A stretch of 63,541 nucleotides of DNA, the filler included, from Globobulimina sp. (lineage: Eukaryota): the NCBI GenBank assembly GCA_003354225.1. It is 8 parts of 8 records of this genome, joined end to end, with 100 filler letters (N's around TTAATTAATTAA, not from the genome) between each part and the next. Parts side by side here need not be neighbours in the genome. Positions count along the whole stretch, not along the records: positions 47,815 to 55,639 come from PIVH01000117.1; positions 55,740 to 63,541 come from PIVH01000118.1; 6 more parts are not named here. One strand, written 5' to 3'. Below, piece by piece: positions 47,815-60,795 of the stretch. The translations under genes were made by a program, and so were the position numbers. The stretch's first letter is position 1. Each line of letters opens with the position of its first letter. The notes below the pieces were generated by a model, which saw only the letters and a list, made by a program, of their open reading frames with translations, ran no database searches and was not told the origin of the DNA.

Positions 47815-49628
47815 TTCCTAATGCTTCTGCTAATTTCATGGCGACCACCACTGCAGAGAACGAATCATTGCATTGTCCCAAATCCAATATCCGTGGTATT
47901 CCACCAACGTCTCCTAACTCCAAATCCCGTAACCGATATTTCCCACATCCTAAAGTTAAAATTATTGAGGAATCGGGAGTTGCTGCAGCCAAATCAGTGA
48001 AATACGATCGGTTATCTTCCGATCCATCACATCCTCCAATCACAAATATATCCGTCAATGCGCCGCCTTTAATCGCATCTAAAATCACATCAGCTTTCGA
48101 CAACAACGTTGCATGGCCAAATCCAGTCAAATAAGGCTTTTCCACTTTTAATTTCGCAATGGATTTAGCATCAAAACCACCACATTGCACCGCTTTATTT
48201 AGCAACACATCCAAATCATCTTCATTTCCTAAGTCAAGATGAGGAATATCATCATAACCGACCGCATGCGTCGTAAACAAGCGATGCTTATATCCCTTTC
48301 TTGGCGGCATCAAACAGTTCGATGTCAACACAACCGGACCAGGGAACTTCTTAAAATCCATATATTGATCTTGCCTAAATACCACATTATTTTTCCAGTG
48401 TTAATTTAAATTATGGCCCATAGCAATAAAACAAAATAAAACCATACCATGCTTGGCCAAAATGCCCCTTCAAAGCAGGATATTGCTGCAAGTCTGGGTA
48501 AGAGTGCGCATTCAATAATTCTCCATGTGTATACAGATTAATATCCAAGCCTCGGCTCGTAATGCCATTCAACACACGCTTCACATCCAATATGTCATGG
48601 CCTGACATTAAAATCGCGTTTCCCTCCACAGGCGTGGTAGTCACCTCCGTCGGCACTGGAGTTCCAAAGCATTTATTATGCGCTGTGTCCAATAACTCTA
48701 ACACTTTGACGTTGGTCTCGCCAATTTGCATACAAGCACCTAGCCAGAAATTCAAATCTTTGCTGGTTGAACACAAATCATTCATAATGTTATAGCAAAC
48801 GGAGTAAATTTGATCACGCTCCGTTTCGGAGTAACAGGTCGTGCCACTTTCAAGCTGCATTGTTTCCGCGTGGTCGAAGTATGCCATCATTCCTTTTAAG
48901 CCATATTGAGCGCACTCACGTAAACCAAAACAATTTGCATCTCCGATGTTTTCCTTCGTGGCGTGCAAACCGGCTAATTTAAGAGCGTCTGTCTGTAAGT
49001 CATCCTCGTCGACAATGTCATAATTACAGGGACTGTTGGCTGCTAATTCAAATTCTTGTTTCTGCGGTCTGTATACAATGCAAAGGGGTTTACATATTTA
49101 TTCTGAATGTGCGTTGCTTAACTTTTGTACACGAAATGCGGCGATTATTTCATGTCGAAGACCGATGCTTTTTGTAATATAATCAATGATGGCGTCTTCG
49201 GAGAAATTAACATTGGTTAAGGTGGAGAAGGTTGATTCTTTTAAATGTGCTCTGGTTTTCTCTTTTAAGCTTGGCTCTAATTTAGATTCGTCCATATTTG
49301 CGAGATATTGACAGACTCCGTTGTTAACATAGAGCAACAGGTCTTGCATTACTGCTGTTTCTGGGAATTTGCCGCAAATCCCTTGGGAAACACAGCCTGT
49401 TCCGCCTGAGGTTTGTTCACATTGGAAGCTGTAAGTTAATGCATATCAGACGTGTGTTTGAGTGAAGTGATGTATGCAAATGTGGGGTGAATTGTAAACT
49501 TACCAGAACATTGGCGTTGCTGCGTTTGTTGTGAATCGTTTGACGAATGTTACCCTGACGATTACTTGGGAATACACAGGTTTTAATCGCCGTCCGCGAC
49601 GTAGAATTTGTTGAACTCTGGAAAGCAT
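47815..49628 (-). CDS. hcp: Hybrid cluster protein (prismane; hydroxylamine/NO reductase), at least 4 exons, with N-terminal presequence; 3' truncated
   Basis: Spliced MFCFQCEQTSGGTGCVSQGICGK; YGLKGMMAY, ILMSGHD, YTHGELLNAHSYP, TSNC, GGCDG, GCGKYR, GQCNDS. Confidence 0.95.
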
Positions 49629-49698
49629 GGTTTTGTGTGTTGGTATACCGCGATCTGAACTTGTCTGCTTGCTTGAAAACTGTCCTAAAAACAAAATC

Positions 49699-51077
49699 AT
49701 GTCTGGTTTTTGTCCGTCTTTATCGCCAGTATTGATATCTCATGATAATAGTTCATGTGACAATGGAATTGAAGATCTCATCTACAACGACGACTGTAAG
49801 CCAATATATTCGCGCATTCGGTTTCTTGGACAAGGAACATATGGCATTGTTTATTTGGCGCAAAATATATCCACCTCACAATTATGTGTCATTAAACAAA
49901 TGAAAAAATTGCCAGATGATGAACCAGGACAAGGCGTGCAACCAACTCAATTGCGCGAAGCCTCATTATTGAAAAATCTCAAACATAAACATATCGTAGA
50001 AATAAAGGACATCTTTTTTACACACAACAAAGATTTTTGTTTAGTTTTTGAACACTGCGAAATGGATTTATTCCAATATATTAATAATAATAAACGTAAT
50101 GGGATTAAATTGCAATTAATCAAAGTTATTTTATATTCATTATTTTATTAAATCTATATATATATTTTGATTGATGAATAAATACAGAAATGGAGTTATC
50201 AAATGATTTCGGGAATATCGCATATGCATTCTCGAAGAATATTGCATCGCGACCTAAAGCCTCAAAATATATTTTTAACACACGATATGAATATAAAGAT
50301 AGGTGATTTTGGACTGTCGCGAGAACACCAAATACCAATCAAGCATTTAAGCACAAATGTCATTACTTTATGGTACCGATCACCTGAATTAATATTAGGC
50401 ACTGACTGTTATGCGGGAAAAGTGGACATTTGGAGCGCCGGCTGCATCATCTCTGAAATGGCAAGAAATGGCAAGATAATGTTTCCTGGACTCTGTGAAT
50501 GGGAAGTTTTAATGAGAATTTTTAGTTTTTTTGGAACTCCAACAAATGATAATTGGTGCAGAGATTTGCCTTATTTCACCACTGCATTTCCTAAATTTGA
50601 AGGAGTGGCATTTGAGAACGAAATTGGACTTTTACGAAATGATAAATTTGCGTGTGATTTACTTAAAGTTTGGTGTCGTAGTTTTATGATATTTGTATAT
50701 TAAAAGTTGAATATTTTATTAATATGTATTGTATACAGAAAATGTTGAATATGGATTGTGTGAAAAGAATGAATGCGATCCGATTGTTGAAACATCCATG
50801 GTTTGATATGGAAACTAAAGAGTGTGATGCTGATGATGTAAATAATAATAATAATAATTTGTGTAAAACAGGAACGGTTTCTGATGAGTTTGCAGATTGT
50901 AAAGTGAACAATGGGTCTTTGATAAGATGTGATGAGACAATAAAAGATGAGCAGGATACGGATGAAGTAATGTGTCTGATAAACAATCACAATAAAAATA
51001 TAGTGAGTTATCGAGAGAGACATAGACCAAATGATTATGACAGAAATATAAACATATCTTCATCTCCTACATTTTGA
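49699..51077 (+). CDS. Cyclin-dependent kinase-like protein; exons 49699-50124, 50188-50667, 50739-51077
   Basis: GQGTYG, GVQPTQLREASLLK, HRDLKPQN, DFGLSR, VITLWYRSPE. Confidence 0.9.
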
Positions 51078-51222
51078 AGTTTTGACAGTTTAATTATTAA
51101 CAATACAAATCAAACTATTTATAATAGAGCAAGTAGGTAAGTTCTGCTTGCATTGGAATATGAAAAAGCAAATCCATTGTTGATAATTATGCATTTAAGA
51201 GAAAATGTGGATTATTTTACAA

Positions 51223-51680
51223 TTAAAAATTTTTTAATTCATACGGTTGTCCATTTATGATTGAAATGGCTTTCAATGTTCTCTTATATTCATATACATT
51301 TTTCGATTTATAATATCTAACTTCATATTGTCCATCTTCCATTTTTTTTAATTTATTTGAATAATCCACAATTATTGCACCACCAATCTTTTTTGTGGTT
51401 TTCTCCCATGTCGTATTTTCATCAACAATTAATGCCAATTCTTTTGATTTTGATTTAAGAGGAGCCATATAACAATATCCCCATTTTGTTCTTTTCAGAG
51501 CAGCAATAGTTTTCCACTCTTTTTCATTTGCTGGAGAAATAACAAAAGATCACCAGGATTGATTTGAAAATCATGAGGAATTGCGACAGAATGTTCAGGT
51601 AATTTAAATTTATTATTATCATTTTCTATTTCTTGCTTGCCTTCCGCTTCTGACGTTTTATTCTCATCTTTCTGAGCCAT
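51223..51680 (-). CDS. Small hypothetical protein with an apparent frameshift near 51540
   Basis: The second frame is open from about 51540 (ISPANEKEWKTIAALK...) and overlaps the first; no clear intron. Confidence 0.4.
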
Positions 51681-52647
51681 TTATTTCAAATTTCACGACT
51701 TCGTTCTCGTCGAAAGGTTTTGTTCAGCCTGAAAACTTCACAACCATTTTTAAAATGGCCAACTATAATTGTTCATTATTGTTGTACATCAGGTAAAAGC
51801 AAAATAGCTCAATTGCAGCGATGTAATCAAAAGCTGCCTATGAAAGAGATAAAATCAGTTAACAAAAAATGCAGTTAATACTTTTTTAAGCATGTCAACA
51901 GTTTAAAATTGCCTGAGCTGTATTTTTGGATCAATTGGGTGCTGTTCAATTATACAATGCATGCATAAAACCAGCAAAATGTTTAATTTAATATCTAAAT
52001 TACACCAACTGCAACCGGATCAATTTGATTTTTACCCAAAGGACTTAGGAGATTGTATGGTTTATTTACTTCCATACAACATATTAATGGATCATGCATG
52101 TATCTATGTTCTCCTTTTGATAATCACATGTTGTTAACGAATACAATGAATACATGGCTATAAATCATATATATTTCATCCGGAGCTTACCAGCATAGCA
52201 TTTTTCCGTTCACGTACAAGTATTTCAAAGAAAGACACTAATGGCAACGTAAACATTTCATCTGGGTTTATAGATTTCGGTATTAACTATTAACATGATT
52301 ATGGATCAAAAAAATCAAGTTTATATCGTTGCATGTTATATAGTTGCATTTCATGCCTCAAATCAACAATCACTTCATAGCTATAGCTGAATATAAAAAA
52401 TATGAATGGTTAAAATGCAAGTTAAGCAATATATGTATCGTACATTTTTTGATGATTTTTAAGTGAAGTCAAGTCAAATAAAAAAAACTTTTTTTAGTTC
52501 TTTCATGGGCTGTTCGGACAACAGCCAAGATCATGAATCGTACATCACAACTTGGTACCTTACATTTACCTCATTCCTTCTATCTCCTCCACACTGCAAA
52601 CCCATCAGAACTGAAATTGAATCAAAAAAAAACACATTAATTTAGAA

Positions 52648-55419
52648 ATGCAAACCGACAACAACAAGAAAACAATGTCACCAATAATACAATGCGACAT
52701 ATCAGGCAAGATGACCATCACTAGCTTCAGACACAAGAACAAATTGCGACGGCCCAACACCGAGAATGAGAGCATCAACGATGAACCACTTGAATTAAAC
52801 GAAAGCAACTCTTCTCGCAAAATCGCTAAAATCATAAATGAAACAGAAGATAATATCCAGCAAATATTCAAATTCACGCCCAACCATCACAGCCACCACA
52901 TCCATCACGACAACGCCCAGCCATTCCACACTCGATACCATCGATCCTCTCATCGCAAAATGTCACGATATCATCGCTCTTCTCACGCTAATTCGCATAC
53001 TAATAATGACAACAATTGCCATTCATACAACAATTATAAGCACCACACACCGCCAAATGCGCACAACACACACAATTCAGGTATAACACATCACATTTTT
53101 TTGCTTATTTATTCTTTTGATTAGCTGTATTAATTAATTAAGACAAACGAAGAGGGAAGAAAAGAAAACGAGATATAGGCAGCGACTCTGATGACACGTT
53201 GTCATCGCACACTCATTCACACACAACGCAGCCTAGAAAACGACGCAAAAAGTCCATAGACGACCGGGACAAAAAAAGAACGCATTCACATAGCCATAGC
53301 AGCGGACATAGCGCACACAGTTCATCCTCAAACAGCGACTCATCGCAGTCCTCATATCACAGGAAATCCAGACGTAGGAAAAAAGAGAAAATCGACAGAA
53401 ATAAAAAGAAAAAAAAACGAGAGTCCGACAGTGACGATAATCGCAAAAAAGAAAAACATAAACCACATAAGGTATATAATACACTTTTTGTTTAATGTAA
53501 AGTGTAAACAATCGGTGTATAAAAACGTTTTGATGCATACATTTCTATACATACAGGACCTAGAAATAGAGGAAAAAACGCAACATATCGACGCAGAAAT
53601 ATCCCCATCACCCTCACTGTCCATATCCTCATTAAGCATCACTAAGAAACACAACCACTCCAAATCCCGCTCGCGATCCCGTTCACGCTCGAAAAACCCG
53701 CATATGCATAGCCGACGCAGCAGAGACCGCGACCGGGACCGGGACCGCGACACACATTCGCATTCTCGCTCCCGTTCCCGTTCCCATTCGCCTTCCTCCA
53801 GCAACACGCCATCCACATCCACCTCCTCCACCGACAGCGATGTGCCCGCCGCCATGCACAAACGGCGCAAAATCATCCGCTACGATTATGAGTGCCACAG
53901 TGGTCATAATCCAGAAGGCGACAGCAGCAGCAGTGACAGTGAGAGTTGCAGCCAAAGCGACAGCGAATCATCGACGAGCAGCTCCAGTTCATCCAGCGAA
54001 GACCACACAGACAATACACCCATGGCAGCGCCAGAACGCAGTGGCAGAGCCGCCAAATACAGGAAATTGCCCACAACGAGGAACCTATTGCTCACTGGGC
54101 ACTTTTACTTTGCTCGGATGAGCGAAGCGGAGATTACCCGCGAGATCAAGGAGCAATTCGCGACACAGTCATTAGAGCTGGAATTTTGGAAATACGCAGT
54201 GTGGCATGGCGGGCAATGGTATTGCAAACATCTGCAATGTATCAGTATCACGTTTAGTACGTCGCAATTGTGCCAGGACGCATTGAGTAAGTTTGTGTGC
54301 GGCGTGGTGGATTTGGCGGAGATTGGCCAAGGGATTAATGCGTCGTTGGACCAGTACAAGAATCGCGCCAAGAGGTACCATGAAAAGCATATGAAGAAAA
54401 CGCGCGAATTGGCGGAGAATGTGTTGGGGAAACACGTGGCCGCTGACAGGCAGTGTGGGGGCGGCGAGGAGGAGATGGTCTGTGTGGGGAGGTACTATTC
54501 GTTGCCGTTGCTGACGAAGCCATTGCAGTACTTCACCCGGCCGGACTTACATAATACGGATTGCAATGCCCCTTCGCAGGATAAGGTGGCATGTACCGCT
54601 CCCATACAGCTACATGTACAACACGTACAAGCCCCGCTATCGCCTAAATGTACGGCGCCCACTGCCGTTGCCGTTGCCACTGTGGCTGAGGAGAAAGTGC
54701 ATGATTTGGCGTCGAGTAAAGGCATATTGCACTTAGTGGGCAAGATAGAGAAGAAAACGACGCATCAATGCATGGATATTTCCTCGCGGATGAAACATAA
54801 GAAGAAAGCGGCCATTATACAGTCTAAGAAAATGATTGAAAAACATCAGCATTCGTTGAGTTTGAAGACTGCGGCGATTAAAGTAAAGACGTCCAAGCAT
54901 CATAAGGACGTACACGTACAGGTTCAGGTCGCTACCACGGTGCCGGTGCCGATGCCGGTTACGAAGAAGAGGAAACATTCGGAGATTGCAGTGGTGCCGG
55001 CAGTGGATGGTGGTGCGGCAGTGAGTAACGTGCCCACTCCGACGAAGAAGATGAAAGTTGCCAAGGCCGTGTGTGTCCGTACGGGGACATGGACGGATTA
55101 TATGGCTTTGTATGAAGGGAAGGAGTCGTTGGCCACGGTGCATTTTGAATGTATGGCGCTGTTTAAACAGGAAGTGATTTCGCGCTGTGTGCAGGAGGAA
55201 TATATTCGCATTATGCAGTTGCAAGGCCGCGGCGATGAGGTTGGCGATGGAGAGGTGGTCAGAATACGCAGTAAAAGAAAGTTTGGCAGTTCTTGCGAGA
55301 GTACACCGGATAAGGCGGTTAAAGTGAAATTGCGTACGAAAAAGAAGCAAGTTATTGCACAGAAATCAACGGGAATAAACACTCAGCTTAATGGCCGGAT
55401 TTATTCCTTTGGAGGGTGA
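52648..55419 (+). CDS. Low-complexity Ser/Arg/His-rich protein, probably nuclear; 3 exons
   Basis: RS/RD dipeptide tracts and basic clusters; two phase-compatible GT-AG introns join three ORFs. Confidence 0.65.
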
Positions 55420-55450
55420 GATGTAGAGATTGACAGGAGTGCCCACCAAC

Positions 55451-55490
55451 TTAAAAAACCAAAGGCCCAGTCATTTCTGACCGGGCCTTT
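55451..55490 (-). terminator. Rho-independent-type terminator downstream of the tRNA
   Basis: AAAGGCCCGGTCA-GAAA-TGACTGGGCCTTT hairpin followed by GGTTTTTT on the minus strand. Confidence 0.75.
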
Positions 55491-55496
55491 ACAATA

Positions 55497-55586
55497 TGGC
55501 GGAGGGGGTGGGATTTGAACCCACGGTACGCGTAAACGTACAACAGATTTCGAGTCTGTCACCTTCGGCCGCTCGGACACCCCTCC
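55497..55586 (-). tRNA. trnS: tRNA-Ser(CGA), bacterial type with encoded CCA
   Basis: Acceptor stem GGAGGGG/CCCCTCC-G-CCA; anticodon arm ACAGA-CTCGAAA-TCTGT; long variable arm; GGTTCAAATCC T-loop. Confidence 0.95.
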
Positions 55587-55739
55587 GTGGGTGTTCTGTT
55601 TGGGAGAACCTTTATAAAGTCTTTTGCGCTTTTTTTGCANNNNNNNNNNNNNNNNNNNNNNNNNNNNNNNNNNNNNNNNNNNNTTAATTAATTAANNNNN
55701 NNNNNNNNNNNNNNNNNNNNNNNNNNNNNNNNNNNNNNN

Positions 55740-56695
55740 ATATAACGCAGATTCGGACATGCTAATAATATTACATCCAACCAGTGATAGACAGCATGTC
55801 CCCCATTTTTCAATGAATGTTGAACCACTAACTTTGTAATGTTTTTCATGGATAGTTGTGTTGTAGCTGCACTTTGTGCTAATTTATTGAATGTTGAACC
55901 TGAAATACATGACAAATCCAGTTCGTCCAAGGTTTGTATGCCACACAAACCAATCCATAAATTTTTACAATCAGCAACTTCTTCAAAATTCCTATGCGAT
56001 AATTTTAAAACACGAATGTTTGCGCAGCTCGAGACAATGAAAAGTAAGTTAATGATTCCATTTGTAGTAAACCTACATTTATCGGATAAATCTAATACTT
56101 CCAATGACTCTATTTCATGTTTGCTGCACTTTATCCTTTGGCTAATTACCGCTAAATCATCGCTTGATATTGAACATGACCCTAGATATAATTCACGCAA
56201 ATGTTTGGCGTTTACAATAAAGGATGATAACAATTTTACACATTTTGGGGATTCGCCGATGATTGGATTTCCAGATAAGTTCAAAACTTTTAAGGTGAGA
56301 CATAATTTATCATTGTTTGCTATGCTTGAAATTAGTCGAATTGCAAACTCTGACTGAATTGCAACATTCTTCAGATCTAAAACTTGTAAATTTTGGACTT
56401 TAGAAATTAGATTTGATATAAAATATTTTTTTTGATTGGCTGCATAATAAAGTGTGTCACGGATAGATGAATCGACAGAAAAAACTCTTAAATTAACAAA
56501 ATTGCATGATATTGCTGCTAATAAAATGTCTAATGCTTTATATTGAAAATGAACTGATTTGATGTAGATCTCGTCCCAGGTATCCATTCTTGATTGTAAC
56601 CATTTTGAAATAGCGTTGGCTCCTTGAATACTTATAGTATGTGATAGGATGTATATTTTGTTATCATTTATTTCAAGTAACGATTTATTGTCCAT
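55740..56695 (-). CDS. RNI-like leucine-rich-repeat protein (3' truncated)
   Basis: LQVLDLKNV, LKVLNLSGNP, LRELYLGSCSI, LEVLDLS repeats. Confidence 0.8.
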
Positions 56696-56991
56696 ATTTT
56701 ATTTCTATTTTTGTGATGCGCACTAAAAATATCATATCATATGTTATGATTATGAAGATGTGGAGGTTATTGTTCCATGTTTTGAATTTACGACTCTATT
56801 TTTGTATTGTCTATCGATATTCAATTGTAAATCTGTCAATTGTACATTTTGATCGATAGACAGAATCATCTTTCGTCGAGACAGAATCAAGAATCAACTT
56901 TAGTAAAAGCAACAGTCAAGTTTTCGAAAATCAAGAATCAAAAATCAACAATTTCATAATCTAAAAATAATCTTTAATATATCGTTGTGTG

Positions 56992-59144
56992 TCAAGTGAT
57001 TGTTATTTCGTTGTGTGGCTCCACACCTTTCTCTTTTAGCATTTTATAATGTAGCTTCATTTTAAAATCTTTCAATCCGCTGTCCATTTTATTCAGCCTT
57101 CTCATTTTATCAACCATTGATTCTGAATTGTCAGTTTCCTTATTTTCTACAATATTTTTATCCTCGATATTCTTTGTTTTGACACAAAATAAATCCTCAT
57201 ATATTGTATCAAACTGTACATTATCTTTTGCTTTGCTTTTTGCTTTGGCTTTCAACACTTTTCGAGACTCTTTGAATGTGACTCCGCGTGGTTTTCCCTG
57301 CGTTTCTCTTAACAATTTCTTCATATTTCCCCACACCTCATTTGCGTGCTCATTGTCCAAATGATCAAATATTATTTCTTTCAACACGTCACGTCTTAAA
57401 ATAGAAAATTCGCACCAAGTCTCACAAATTAATGTGCTACTTCGCGTTGCCGAAATCAAACAATTTTCACCCGTTAAATCACCGCGTTTGAGTAACTTTG
57501 AGCCAATATGTTTCTGTGTGCTCTTTTCTCCATAAATCAACCTAGCACATCCTACGCGTAATACATATATCTCAGAGGACGACTCATTTTCTTCAAATAC
57601 GCGATATCCAGCATTGCATCCAACAGACTCCAGCGCAATGATCAGATTTCCCATTATCGCATCAGGCAAACCGGCAAAAAGCTCAATACTTCGAACTGAG
57701 CGTTGAGACATTTCTGTTTCAACCTTTGTCCGTAAGTGTTGTGGGAGTGATTTGACGAATGCATTCGCATCCGATGCCACATAATTCTTTGTACAGTGAT
57801 ATTCAATGTGTGCTGTAATCGCACGGATTAATTCATTCGATAAACCAAAATGAGCTCCAAATGAATATGCTTCATCCATCTTTTCCTCCGTGTATTGCGA
57901 TTGTTTGTCGCCTTCGAATGCCAAAACAGTTAATGTTCCCACTAAATACGCAGTCATTATGCTTCCAACAACAACGACAAACATTGCTACCCATTTCTCG
58001 CTCGTATTATGCGCCACAATGTCACCATATCCTGTGGTAAATCTGTAGTTATCATAGATGTGAATATATTGTACATTTTCGAAGTATATGCATCAGCATT
58101 ATCCACTTAACAATGTGACTATGCTCCAATATAAACATGTTGTATATGCCTCTACGACATCAAAATCTTCTCCGTCAAAATCAAAGTCCGCAAAATCCTA
58201 AAACAACAAAACAATTAATATAAAATAATAAGTAAATAATACAATATATACCAGCCAAGATTGCTGACCATCCTTTTGATTTGCTATAGCAATGTATTTG
58301 AAACATATATAACAAACAACAAACATGCAAATATAGGAAGGAGAAACGACATACATTTGCCAACACCAAACCAAATACATCCAAAATAATGAGCAACGAA
58401 CAGCATACAAACCATAACCTGTGAAATGCCGAGCCATTTTTTAAGCGTTGGGAATAATCGATTCATTTCTCGCATAATGCCCATCATTTTATATATTCGA
58501 AATACACGCAATAATCTCAATAAACGCACTAAACGAAGCACTCCAATTCCTACTGTGCTATCATTCACATCGCCATTGTTGAATCCGCTAAACATAAAAC
58601 TTAATGGTAATGAGGTTAAAAGGTCGAATGCAAACCACCCCTTCACATATCTGAGTGCGATGAGATTTGGAACCTCAATTAATTGCAATGGATCCCATTT
58701 ATCATAATACGCGGTTCGAAATGTTACACATATGTCACAGCATAAAAATATATCGATGCAAAAAGACAGTATACCAACACTGGTGCTAAAATCAACAGGA
58801 ATCTCAAAGGCCATTGTTAACTAAGTAATATATTTTAAATTGTGGTTAGAAATAGGAAACGTTTCTTATAGTACTTATACACATCATACCGGAATCTCAA
58901 TGGCTGAGATAACAATTACAAGTGAAACAAATATATCCCATACAATTTTGAAACCTCCTTGAGGATGGAGTAGCGTTTGCGGACCACAACAAGTGCGTTC
59001 TTTCGTTTTCGTATTGTTTTCAATAGGATTTACGTTTTTGTTTTCGTCGACGTCAATGGATATCGACTTTTGTTCTTCATTGGTGCTTTGGGTTAATGGC
59101 TGTTGTTCTAATTGTATGAAGCCATGGTTTGAATTAGAAGTCAT
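56992..59144 (-). CDS. Cyclic-nucleotide-binding-domain K+ channel (EAG/CNG-like), about 5 exons
   Basis: S4 LRLVRLLRLLRVFR; spliced pore YWSIVTL-FTTGYGD; cNMP domain GDLTGENCL...TRSST. Confidence 0.9.
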
Positions 59145-59217
59145 TGAGTTTTTTGTTATTTGAATTAGAAGCAAAAATCCTAAAAATAGAAACCAGACAA
59201 AAAAAAGAGAGATTTTG

Positions 59218-59847
59218 TTATATTGTTGATTGTTGTCCTTCTCTAACAATTTTTATGTAAATATTATCCAAGATATTGTGTGGATTTGCAGCTCCCATCC
59301 TATAAACGATAACAAATGATTTTGGAACTCCTTGCCAAGAATCACCAAACGTTTCATTTGTCGCATTCACTGTTACATTATGATTCTGTACCATTTGTTG
59401 CACAGAGTGTGAATGATCTTGCAAGCCATAAACAGCACCCAATACATTGATTTTTCCATAATAATTTGTTGGGACAAATTTTGACGCAAATTTTGATTCA
59501 TCAATATTTAATGTGGAGCCTTCTGTGACAATGGAAACCTGAATGCTTGAGCCTTCTGTTCCAAATCCCCAAACCACAATCAATGTTTTCTTAACATTAA
59601 CCCACGAATCGCCAAATATTTGATTGACAGCTGGTATCGATAATGATTGTGTTTTATTATCGATTATTTTTCGAACAGCATTTGTAACATCAGATAAACC
59701 ATACACCGCAGCATAAACTATTAATTTTGAAATGTAATCGTAATCATTTTGATCGGAACTGGCATCTGGAGCACGCCCTTTGGTTTCTGATGAATAATTT
59801 TCATCGTTTTTGCCTTCTATTCCGCTTTCCAAGGAATTTTGCTTCAT
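59218..59847 (-). CDS. Protein with two copies of a small AVYG...FGDSW..V.K domain (DUF3395/lectin-like)
   Basis: Internal duplication: AAVYGL...NQIFGDSWVNVKKT and GAVYGL...NETFGDSWQGVPKS. Confidence 0.6.
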   Translation of the reverse strand: MKQNSLESGIEGKNDENYSSETKGRAPDASSDQNDYDYISKLIVYAAVYGLSDVTNAVRKIIDNKTQSLSIPAVNQIFGDSWVNVKKTLIVVWGFGTEGSSIQVSIVTEGSTLNIDESKFASKFVPTNYYGKINVLGAVYGLQDHSHSVQQMVQNHNVTVNATNETFGDSWQGVPKSFVIVYRMGAANPHNILDNIYIKIVREGQQSTI

Positions 59848-59914
59848 CGTCTTTATAAATATGTATTAAATAATTTACTTTAGCTAGCTGAGAATTGAGT
59901 TTTAAATTTTGAAC

Positions 59915-60612
59915 ATGTCATCAGATTCGTACAGACGCGATAATTCGTCATATGGGTCCTCATCAACGAGCATATTCGATTTATTCTGTGGATGTTGCAA
60001 AACCTCATCACAAAAAGCAGAGATCCTTTTGGAAGAATCAAGCTCGCAACATTTGGAAAGGAAAGTCTATACAATAATGTTTGGTCAATGCCCAAAAGGC
60101 ATTGGAATCAAAGTAGAGTCTACTTTGCAAGGACCAAAAGTTACAAAAGTTCAAGAGAACCTATGGTATAAACTCGAAGAAGCAGATAAAATATTATCAT
60201 TAAATAATGAGAACTGCGTAGATTCGTCACCTGAAGTTGTCCAATTTTTGTTAATGAACTTGTACGAAAAAAACGAGGCAATATTTGAAATCGAAAGAGG
60301 AGGTAAATATTTTATATAAATATATATCTGATATGCAAAATATGTGTCTACACAGTGGAGACATTTAAGGTCGGTGTACGTCGTGAAAAAGGTGGATTTG
60401 GTTTTGATTTTAAAAAAAGTTCAGAAAATTCAAATTATATTGTTGTGAATACCATACATTCTGAAAATAGTAATGATGTTCAAATTGGAGACAAGATATT
60501 GTCAATAAATAATATCGATGCTGGCATGATAAATACGGACGATTTACAATCAATGTTAGATACACCTGGCAATAAAACAAAATTAATCGTTGAGCGACTT
60601 GTTGAGCGTTAA
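59915..60612 (+). CDS. Tandem PDZ-domain protein, 2 exons
   Basis: KGIGIKV...DKILSLNN and GGFGFDF...VQIGDKILSINN. Confidence 0.8.
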
Positions 60613-60795
60613 TAACAAATCATCCTCGCACTCATCTTCACATCTGACCTCTTTTGTGTTTTGAATCAATTTTTATGGACGTAGTAGCCATCATATTTAC
60701 ACATATTTACTCCAAATTGTTGTTAATGTTAGAAAATAAAACCATGACTCAAAACATCTTTCCACTGAATTAGCAGTCAGCCGCTCAGAGTCAAC

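Noticed and set aside
53233-55382. Many overlapping antisense ORFs (also around 3505-4639 and 9306-11257)
   Set aside because: Shadow ORFs of GC-richer or low-complexity coding sequence, with no recognisable motifs
55419-55436. AGATGTAGAGATTGACAG as a Nextera mosaic-end remnant
   Set aside because: Only the ends match AGATGTGTATAAGAGACAG; the length and middle differ
55496-55687. 63-aa ORF MAEGVGFEPT
   Set aside because: Antisense shadow of the tRNA gene
7912-55739. Periodic TTAATTAATTAA palindromes flanked by Ns, and gene neighbourhoods across them
   Set aside because: These are artificial contig linkers, so adjacency across them carries no biological meaning
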